From Balanoglossus misakiensis (taxonomy: Eukaryota; Animalia; Hemichordata), in assembly GCA_040954595.2 (NCBI GenBank), contig CM082588.2:7018202-7082201 (forward strand): a stretch of DNA of 64,000 bases. Reading direction: 5' to 3'. Shown here in pieces: positions 48,001-58,400 of the stretch. Made by a program: the position numbers and the translations under genes. Within the stretch, counting starts at the first letter, position 1; each line of letters opens with the position of its first letter. The notes below the pieces were generated by a model. That model saw only the letters and a program-made list of their open reading frames with translations. It ran no database searches and had not been told where the DNA came from.

Positions 48001-50648
48001 GCTGTTTCACTCTCCGTTGACCTACCCTAATTTTAGCCCGCCAACCCAAAACTTTTTAGAGCTTCGTAAACCAAAAGTAAAAATATCGATGTCAAATATA
48101 CAAAATTTTTGAAAATTGCGAGAATCTCGCAAGAACTACGACTGCCAAAGATGTAAAAAATTGCAATAAAAAATTTCCCTACCTACCTACCCTATTTTTG
48201 AAAACCATGTAATCGGAACAGCACATATTTTTTTCATTTGGCCTAGGCTATTAAAGTTGACTACAAACGATTGCTCTGAAATCAGCCTACCTTCATTCAT
48301 GTACTTCAATTCTGCTCGACACCGTCTATATCGCCACACCTCTATGGTTGTCTTAAGGGGAACATCTGATACGTTTAATCTATGAAGCATAGATTCTGTG
48401 ACGATATCAGCCTTGAATAGTTCCCCCAATCTCCCTCGTCTGTAGTCACTCCATAATTTCTCCAACGCCTCTGATGTCTGACATGCCAATACAACACACA
48501 GACACCCTTGCTTGATTTCCTGAATTGTAATTCCACCAACGCTGTTCAGATACTCTTTCACCTTTGGGAAATCGTCTTCAGATTTGATGCTGTAAATTTC
48601 TCTTTCTATGCGTTCAGCCTGATCTGGAGTCAAGTTGGCATTGTCGACGTAAATATGAATCTCGATATCCCCTGAAATAAAGTTTATCAACATTAATACA
48701 TTGGCGTGAAATAATTTAACTTCAGCCTGACCACTCATGTATTTAACACGCAAGGGATAAATCCACCATCTTTAAAATCTGTTGACCGCATTTAAATCTC
48801 AGGGTGGGAGAAAACCACTTTTGTTCGAAACATCCCATATATTTAATAGATGGAGAAATACATATATTGTATTGTGAGTGTGCTTACGTAATGAATATTT
48901 TACCTCGAGTTGTTCTGAAGGTATGTGTGTAAGTTTGTCCACCACCAGAAGCTTGTCCGTCGCTGTGGTTATCGTTACCATCTCCACTTTCAAACCCGTT
49001 GCCCGGTGGAAGATTTTCACCCTGCCCTCCTGTGCTGTTGCCATTGGTGATCGAACTTCCTTGTTCCTGGCCTGGGATTGTTTTCGGGTTGTCGACCCCT
49101 TGAAAGAGGGAAGAAAAAATTGCAGGAATCTAAATGTCAACATCTTTTAATTTACAATAATACATTTGTCAGTGTTTATTATGAAGCATGCAAAATTTGA
49201 TCTTACATCTACATGTGTAACACTTGGTCGTGATGCAAGATAGTTCTGATTAATCATGCAAATTTTAGTCTTAAGTTGACCACACTTTATGTCGGTATTT
49301 TAGTCCTTTCATTCATGATCAGTGAAAATCTTAATGACATGTAATATTTTCTTCTTGAAGACAGTCATTATCGTTTACCTTTTGAGGATTCTTCCCCAGG
49401 GTCTTCACACTCTGCAGAACTAAGTGTAGAAGAATCCAGCAATTTCTTTTGTTGAACTGCAATGAAACCATTCTCTGCGGATTTATGAAGTGCTTTACTC
49501 AATTCTTGGGATGCGTGTTGAGCACGACCATATTTGCACAGGATAGGCATGATGGTGTCTAACCATTTTTCACTTTCGCTATCGACATTTTGGCAGAGTC
49601 CAGTGTCACATGACGGGACAGAGATGGCGGGGAAGTGTTCATCTATGAACGATGCAAGGCCTGATTGCTTTGGTTGTATTGTGGGCACACCGGCAGCACA
49701 AGACATAAGACCGATCACACCAAATGGATCACCTTTAGTTGTGAATATTACCACGAGGTCACACTGCATCAGATCTTTCTTTAAGTGGTCCATCGATTCC
49801 TTGTTTGGATATAGCCGAATATTCAACAGGTGTGACGCGGCCATCTTCTCCAGTTTCCGCTGAAACTTTTCGCATGGTGTTTGTGTTACAAGTCCTCTGA
49901 ACTTCCACTTTGTGTTGTTATCGGAGTAGTTAAAGTAGCGAGCTACTTTTCCCATGCTACGGGCTGCTGCTTCGAATTCCTTCAGATCTTGTAGACTTGA
50001 TATTGTGTGTACAGACAGGACTTCTATTGTGGTCCCCAACTCTGAATTACTAGCTGGACGCTGACCAACACCCATCTTTGCCAAGGGAATGTACAGCTCA
50101 TGCGCCACTTCTGAATTCAGAGAAGCTTGAATCTTCCTCTTGTAGTCATCGCATACTGATGGACCAACTGACAGAATGGCGGAAGCCGCATTGATGTATT
50201 CCATAATTTCACCATCAAGGATTTCCAAATCGGAAGGCTCCAAGCTCATGTTGTCTATCATATCCGACAAAACTGGAACGAATCTCGGAATCCCAAGATC
50301 TTTTTGAATACACCTTGCAACATCGGCAGTTCCGTTCTTGCAAGCAGTTCCATATATTGTTGTTATCGGTAGACATTTCTTCAACTCGGGGAATCGGTCA
50401 AGGTGACAAATTAACCAGTCCCTTTGCGGTTTCTGATTTCTCTTTACAGTTGGCAGAATCAACTCGACTCCATGTTTGCTCGCGTCCTCCACCTCTTCGT
50501 CAGTTGCTTCCAAAACCATGAAGGAGACTTTATTTTCTCTGACAGCAAGGTCTATCGCTAGTTGTCTTTCAGTGATACATGTTGCTATGTTACGTCTTCT
50601 CGGCCACCATTCTTCTCCAACAACCAATACACGATTACTGTGAGACAT
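43802..50648 (-). CDS. Multidomain putative immune protein, copy 2 (1341 aa): GT4-like + TRADD-N-like + unknown + coiled coil + IFIT-like TPR
   Basis: Exons 50648-49379, 49098-48904, 48671-48291, 47848-47762, 47567-47253, 46938-46477, 45712-45600, 45004-43802 total 4026 nt, with the same lengths and phases as copy 1 and a continuous frame. Confidence 0.85.
45101..45300. mobile_element. Diverged member of the same palindromic family as 41478-41701, in a copy-2 intron
   Basis: Shares ctatgttcgggcc...tataccccactgacacataaa ... tttatgtgtcagtgg; also has the inverted pair gatctcccgatttc / gaaatcgggagatc. Confidence 0.7.
46047..46239. mobile_element. Kolobok-like MITE, near-complete copy with TTAA at both ends
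   Basis: ttaaaggtatacggccacct ... aggtgaccatataactttaa (imperfect TIRs, TTAA flanks). Confidence 0.6.
48291..48671 (-). CDS. Exon: TRADD-N-like domain (copy 2)
   Basis: 3 aa differences from the copy 1 exon by manual comparison. Confidence 0.7.
49379..50648 (-). CDS. Exon: GT4-like glycosyltransferase domain (copy 2)
   Basis: Paralog of 34173-35442. Confidence 0.8.
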
Positions 50649-51629
50649 CCTACAAGAGGAATATATATACACACAATATGTATGGTGTGACTCTATGACA
50701 CCGATAAATAGAACACTTAAATTTATTGGATATCAATCTATCAATCGTACGTGAAATTCAGTTATAATTGACTTTAGTGCTGATCGCACAAGTTCATGAA
50801 ATATGCAAATTAGCAGTTAGTCGTCGTGGCACTACTGTAGATAAATCGTATTACATTCAAGTGACTATTATCCAATTTGCTGTACTTTTATGTACATGTC
50901 ATAGGACATTCATATTTCTTTGCAGATCAAAAGCTTAACAACGTTCTGTGCAATTTGGCGTTGAAATGTGAGCACAGCGTCATTGCCAACATTTCTCGGT
51001 AAACGGTGATGCATACGGGTCTATGATATTTTGAACTGATATTGTTTCTGTTCAGAAAACATTTCATACAACGGCATCAAAAACTCAATTATTGACATTC
51101 TAGGTGTTATTTCACAACAAGATTTTACTTTTCATTCATCTGGATAAGTTTTAAGTAAAGCATTTGTACAACGTTTGCCAATGTAGCACATCTCTGTACT
51201 GACGTGACACGGCAGGAATAGCGGCGCCAGAATTGGCACACTCCCAGAAACTTTGTGAGGTTGTCGCACTCTTCTGGGCCTTTCAGCCTCGGTTGTCATG
51301 GATACAGTTCAAAGTACCGTAATATTAATTACAATCCTGAAAGGTATTCAGTCACCTCCAATTTAAATACGCCCATATATGGCTGAAATGGCGTATTTGA
51401 GTGTTCTTAAGAACGTATGGTGGCGCTCTTTTTTCGCGTGTGCCACCCACTGAAAATCTGTGATTGGTCACGTTCACTGTAAAGTAATTGGACATTGTTG
51501 TATATTCTAAACTATTGTAAATGGTTGTCTAAATAACGTCATCTTTGCGTAGAGAACGTTCTGTTAGAGTGTCCATTTTCTAGGACATTTGTAAGTTGAC
51601 AAACGGCAGGACAATAAATCATTAGTCGA

Positions 51630-53890
51630 TATGAGGTGACCGATATATGCCCTTTGTCCGAATATAGAAATTTAAGACCTGGTTGGTATATAAATCAACA
51701 TTGAACGAACTTCGTCTGTCTTGAAATGTAAAGGTGACTGCCAATGGTCAATTTAATTGATTTTAGGAGCAACTGCGTGTAATTATCGAATATGACACTA
51801 TCTACATTGCTATGCGCGTTCATGAAATGCTCACCTGTTGAAGTGTTTTCACTCCGCCTTGGTGTAAAAGTGGTCGTCGATGATTAAATGTGAGGCCACA
51901 AACACAATCTTGACACCGACACACAGTCACACAGGACAGAAGTTTAAGGTTTTGCGGATCTATACGGATTCACACCAGAAGTTTTCTGTCTGAAGTCAGC
52001 GCCACGTTTACACCTCCTTAGTGGCACGCAGACAAAATGGAGGAAATATCGGGTGATTTTCCAAACCTCGCCCACACCCACTTCAGTTTAAATTATGGCA
52101 CTAATCAACAACACCAAGATTTACAAGGGGTTTTAAAAAAGACGCCATTAATGTGATGAAGTGGAATGTGCAAATTTTACAGAAACAACCCACGCGAGCG
52201 GCAAATATGGCCCAACAAGAGGTGATGTGGGGCGATAACCGGGTTGAACATTATAGCTAGTCGTTTGGTCACCTACTCTTGGACGGTCATAATTATTGTT
52301 GTTTTACCGCGTTCGCCATAAATATAGTACAAATCGCACTCTTTCTACTTCGGCCTCACCGAGAACTTTAAGAATTAAAAGTTTTACTCTATATGTCCAT
52401 TTTTTGGTATGCTTTCTGAAATTTATTGTTTCTGATGCGAATTTGGCTATTTTTGTCGTGTGAGAAATAGAATCCCACACACCAAGGACCTGGGATCCTC
52501 TTCCTCACACTGTGACTCGTGTGGGACAAACAATCCCCAACTCGTGTGAGAAATACGATGAGGTGACCGATATACGCCCTTTGTCCAAATAGACATATGA
52601 ATATGTCAAGGAGATTGCGAATGGTGAATTTGATTCATATACATTGCAGAGCACTGACTTTAGGAGCAATCGCGCGTAATTATCGAATATGTTTTGCAAT
52701 GCGCATTCGCCAAAGCACGGTTGTGAGGGCGCTTTTTCCCATAGACTTTACATGGGCACGTGAATATAGGCATATGATAAGAAGTGTTTTCACTCCGCCG
52801 TGGTGTAAAAGTGGTTGTCGATGATTAAATGTCGGGCCACAAACACAATCTAGACACCGACACACAGTCACACAGGACAGAAGTTTAAGGTTTTGCGGAT
52901 CTATACGGATTCACACCAGAAGTTTTCTGTCTGAAGTCAGCGCCACGTTTACACCTCCTTAGTGGCACGCAGACAAAATGGAGGAAATATCGGGTGATTT
53001 TCCAAACCTCGCCCACACCCACTTCAGTTTAAATTATGGCGCTAATCAACAACACCAAGATTTACAAGGGGTTTTAAAAACACGCCAAATAATATTAATG
53101 TGATAAGGTGGAATGTGCAAACTTTACAGAAAGAGCTTCCTAAATTACCGAAAATGACGCAATTAATAAGGTTATGATAATCATATTATCGGTCACTTCA
53201 ATATTTTTTCGAATACCGAATTGCATTAATCACTTCGGCATTCTTTAAACGCTAACTCATGTGTTGAAAGGCATACAGCCTGTATTCTTAAATCAATTCG
53301 ACTGCCCAAAATATTTTTAGAAGACGATTGTTTGCTTGATTTAAACACATTACTTGATGTAAAACATTTATACCACACTCTTACAGAATGTGAACGTTCG
53401 CACATAGTAAATACTTCCTCGGGTTGAACATTATAGCTATTCGTTTGGTCTCCTGTTCTTGGGCGGCCATAATAATGCAAATTAAACAGGGAAAATAGTA
53501 CAAATCGCACTCTTTATACTTTGGCCTGACGGAGAACTTTAAGAATTGATACTTTTACTCTTTTAAAATATGCTCATTTTCTGGTATGCTTTTTGAAAGC
53601 AATTCATGCCAATAAATCATTGTTCGTGTATAAATCGATCTCATGTGACAGATATACGCCCCTCAACCAGGTTTTTACCTTACGCTCTGTGCCGTGCACG
53701 TATATGCAAATGAAAATTTACTGTTGATTCAGTATATGCACCTGTCACTAGGCATGGTAATTTCGGTTTATGCAAATAAGAGCAGCTCATTAACTCTTGA
53801 CTAAGTTCTGTCGAGCCTTTTCGTGATTCCTCACCTGTTGAAGAGTTTCACCCTCCCGTGGTGTTCAACGATGGTCTTCGAAGATTTAAA
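51630..53890. repeat. ~1-kb tandem duplication (two units plus a partial third) upstream of copy 2; likely contains non-coding first exon/promoter
   Basis: atgaggtgaccgatata at ~51630 and ~52558; near-identical ~300-bp core at 51841 and 52782; ctcacctgttgaag (CAG|GTGAG donor on the - strand) at ~51830 and ~53830. Confidence 0.75.
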
Positions 53891-55464
53891 CCAGAGAGGC
53901 TACGCGAATGTTTAAGCTTGGGTTACGAATAATCAGGTCTCTGAAGCCTTTTCAAGTCTTGTGGAACATAAAACGTCACACCGCCATTTTGGTCGTCGGA
54001 CAACAGACGAAAAATGGTGTGCTTGGTTATTGCCATACCGAGGCTCACGTGGACTTTGAACTTAGTGCAAGTCTTTGTGTAGTAGACAAACTCAACATAA
54101 CGAACAAACATACTCTGGTTGGACAAACGAAGGTGGCGGAGTTTAATTTGCTATAAATGTCCGTTTCATATTGCCATAGTAATACTTGGAAATTGCAGAA
54201 GGTTGGAGATTCAGGAATGTATACCTCTTCCCTATCGAATTCTCTAGGTTTTCATTTCTTAATATCATAATGTTTTAGGAGTTTCCAGTCCTCTAATATC
54301 TGTCAACATGTAATTATTAAACCACTGGGGGATCGTAGTTGTTCTTCTTTGTACGTTTCATATACACATTTGATATTAGTCTATATTATTTAAAGTCTAC
54401 AACATTGAATAAAGAAAAGTCCCATTGGGGCGTTGGCTGCGTTTTATGTATTTTTATTTCGAAAGATGCAAGCCTACCGTACTGTATTGCTCGAATAAAA
54501 ACCAAATAATTCAGCAAGAAAATTACTCAATAAACAACCCCTGGATATCTGTCCAGCGTATGATGATATTGTCGACGATGTCTACTTGAAAAATATATAT
54601 TTAGAAGACGTATAGAATGTTTAAGGAATTACGGAGCTGTAACAGCCCCAACGCGCAAAGCACAACAGCTCAGCAAGACAATAACACTGGTATTTATCAG
54701 GTTAGATCCAGTAGTGACGTATGTTAGTGTCAGGCCAGGTGCAATCTTTCCCGTCACAGTTTTGCTTGTATAAGACTTAGTGCACAATGTTCCAACGGAA
54801 GGCACGGGAAAAATATCTTATCTGAGAAAATGTCCCTTGTGGGCTTTTTCACTCATAGCGAAATGGCACCAGACCAATATTGAGAGGTGCTTTGAACTCT
54901 CGACATCCAAATATAGTCTACGGGTGATTAAGACCTCCACATCCCAACATTTTCATGTCTAGTAGATACGTTATAAACAGCTTTACAAGCTTTTTGAACG
55001 ATTGATAATCTTTGTAGATATTGAATCTGATATCAGGCGGAAATTTGGCTACAATCTCTAACGTGACATCGTCGCAATAATCGTCATATCATGAAAATCC
55101 ACTGCATCGATTACGTAATTCTCACACGGCCGAGGGGTACCACACCTTTTTAAGTAAACCGATTCTTCTTGAGATGACTATTCGAGGTAGACCTGGTCGG
55201 ATTTAAAATCTGTATAAATCCCACAGAAGTTAAAACTTCTCTGTGGTATAATAAGTGATATCACGCTTAATTAGATTTGCTACTATAAATTGCGAGAGCC
55301 ATTTTGAATTTCCGCCTGTGCACTAGAAAGTTACATGAACGACGGTTTTCACTTACACCAGGTGGGCTCATATGAGTAGCACCCCCTGTTTTACTGATAG
55401 GCGTACATCCGGAGACACAAATTGGATGCATCTGTCGCATATTGCATTTTGTCGTGTGGTCAAG

Positions 55465-58400
55465 ATGAAAGTACCAGTTCTGTTGGTGGCTTTATCAGTC
55501 TGTACTTTTGCAGGTAAATTTTTCTTAGAAATGTTTTTTTTTTTATATAATTTTCACTCACACTCACATGTACGAAGGCATCAAACAAGTTCTGCAAAGT
55601 CTTCTCTTCTCTGATTTTCCGTTGAACCCCCCCCCCCCCCACCAAAAAAACTTGGTGACGTCACTATCTCATTATTTTCCTTTCGCAGCATATCAAGAAG
55701 AGCCGTGTGGTGGCAATGGCGGTATTTGTGTGGAGACATCTTGCTGCCCGTTCAGAAATTATGTCTCCGGTCAATGTCCCAGTCAAGCGGCGGACGTAAA
55801 ATGTTGCTACAGTACACCGACCTGTAGTAAGTATACACATAGACTCTCTCACAGCCCACGGTTCGCTACAACAAGGCTCTTCACTGACGTGCCCTCAACC
55901 GTTTGGCAAGGGAGAAGCACCGTTTGGTGTTGTGTAGCGAACCTTCTTGCCAGGCACACATGCAATCAGTCCATAAGCCTGCATGGACGACGAGAGGGGC
56001 TGTGAGAGAGTCTAACACAGTCTTATTCAGAACCATAGTCCCTTCAAACAACTAACCTGAAAAGCCATGACATCGCTGTTCACAATCAATAAGGTCCTTA
56101 TACTAGTAAAATTTGACTGTGGTTAGTCACGGTGATGGTGTAATAATTATTAAGCAGTAGAAAAAGAGGTGAACATATTCCAATAGACGATTGAACATAA
56201 ACGAATTACCTTTTATGGCGGTTTATTATGAGAAACATGTTTAATAGTATTCAAAACAGGTTCACAAGTACACATTGTCATTTGACAGCCTGGTTGGGAA
56301 AATCATATATCCCGGTACTAGTACTTGGCTGGCGGTCGAGTCACTCATAGAAGTCAACACCAATAGAAATGACGGGTACCACAAAGCCCAAGATAATTGT
56401 AAAAACACACAAATCATTGCCAAGTCGTCTGTTTGGGGTGTTTCCGATATGATGCGCTGAAACTCCTGCAAGACGTTGCCAATACGTGTCCGCAAGCATG
56501 GCAAGGCCGACATATCCACTATGTCTCTCATTCCGTGTTCTCCTCATCTTTCTCCCGACCTCTGGCGATTTCTTACTTTTTCCGTTTCCTTTCCTTTTCA
56601 TGTTTCCTCTCGATTCTCTTTGTCCGAAAACACAACGTACGTCTCACTCCTCTCCGTAAAACAACAAAATCACGATTTTCTGGGCCGGCTGAGGCGCTTT
56701 CGGACTCGTACTGAGTTGGCTGTCTGACCAATCGTAGTAGTCGTCATTGGTAGGAACGCCCAGCACTAACAAATCCAATACGATTGTGAAAAAAATACAC
56801 AAATCATGTTGCAGTCTTATGCTTAGAAACGAGTATGTGAGATTTGCGAACGTTTGATAATTTAGAAGGGTATTCAGGAAATATTTGATATTAGACATTC
56901 GTGTTATCCATGTTCACGGAGAATAAGGACAGGGTCGTGATGAGAGTGGACTGCAGTTAGAGGGATTGTTATAATTCAGTGTCAACCACTTGCATCAAAG
57001 TTGAACACAACAGAACACATTCCAATAGACATTGCACAACAACAAGACTGTGTACTTTTCGAAATGTTTATTTATAAAAGGAGAAATGAAATGATAAAAT
57101 ATAAGTGAAAGGCAGGGGTCCGGTCACGTGGAGTCGTTAACTGTTCTTAATGTGGATCCACTCGCACGCTCCTCCTGCCAAATTTCTTCAGCAACCACCG
57201 GACGAGACGTCGTCCACAGCACGACAGACAACCGGTCGGCTTTTCGTCCTCGTCCTGCACCTGGTTCGTGGACTCTTCGTTGTTTTTGTTCTGGGCGACG
57301 TCGGCCGATTTCTTGCCTTTTCCTTTCCCTCTCCGCTTTTTCTCGTCCTCGTCCTCCTCGTCGGAGAACAGCAAGTACGGAGCCTCTACACTCTCTGTGA
57401 AACAACCTGAGTCGTCGTTGTTCGGCTCCTCGTCGCTTTCGGACTCCGAGTCGAATTTTCGGATGGGAGGAAGTACGAGGTGGTTCGGGAAACCATATAT
57501 CCCGGTGCTGGTACTTGGTTGGCTATCCAACCACTCGTAATAGTCACTATCACCCATTGGCACACCAGGCACCATCAAGGCCAAAACAATTGTCAAACAC
57601 ACACAAAACATGGTCAAGTTGTATGTTGGAGTGTTAGGTAAAGTATGCCGTGTTCACACTCTTGCCAAACATTCTAATTCTTATTCGTTCTAGAACGCGT
57701 TTGTGACGTCGCCAAATAATGAACTTCCAACACGCAACACTGCAAGGCGCGCCCATTGGCCAGGTGTTTCGGGTGCGTTCAAAGGAAGACAATGCCGTTT
57801 TGCATTTTTATTAAAAGGCTTTGCAATGAGAAAAAAAAATAATACCGATTCAACTCTGTCAATTTCGTCGAGCTTGCACATGACAATATATTGCCGTTGT
57901 CAGCAAACTTATCATTTATTTTTTGCATACGACCGACGTAATCTGTCTATTTTCGTATTTCAATAAACTTGTGTGGAATATCCAGAAACTTGGTTCCCTG
58001 ATATTTTGGGACAACTATTCATCTTCAGGGACATTGCATTGTGATCTGCTGTTATTGCTGGGCGAGTATCAGCAGAGACAATTTAGGCACACGTGTGTTT
58101 AGAAACCAATAGTCAAGTCTGCTAGCCAAACCCCAGTAGTATTGCGAACTTCTCCACTTCCTTGACCGCAATTAACAAATTGCTGAGATTGTGGACGTCA
58201 AAAACAAGCCTTGTTTAGTTGTCTCGTCACCTTTCAGCTTACAACGAGGAGCCGTGCCAAGGTTCTGGAGGTGAATGTGTCGAAAAGTCCTGTTGTCCCT
58301 ACAGCAACTACGTATCCGGCTTATGTCCGACACAAGCTGCGGATGTCAAGTGTTGCTTCAGCTCCCCTAACTGTGGCGGTAGGATACAACTCTCGTTTGT

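Larger units (their letters stand above)
42229..50656. repeat. Segmental duplication copy 2
   Basis: Collinear with 26931-35450. Confidence 0.95.

Noticed and set aside
26931-50656. Duplication as an uncollapsed-haplotype assembly artefact
   Set aside because: Not formally excluded, but ~18% aa divergence in one exon, copy-specific intron insertions and unrelated upstream regions fit true paralogs better.
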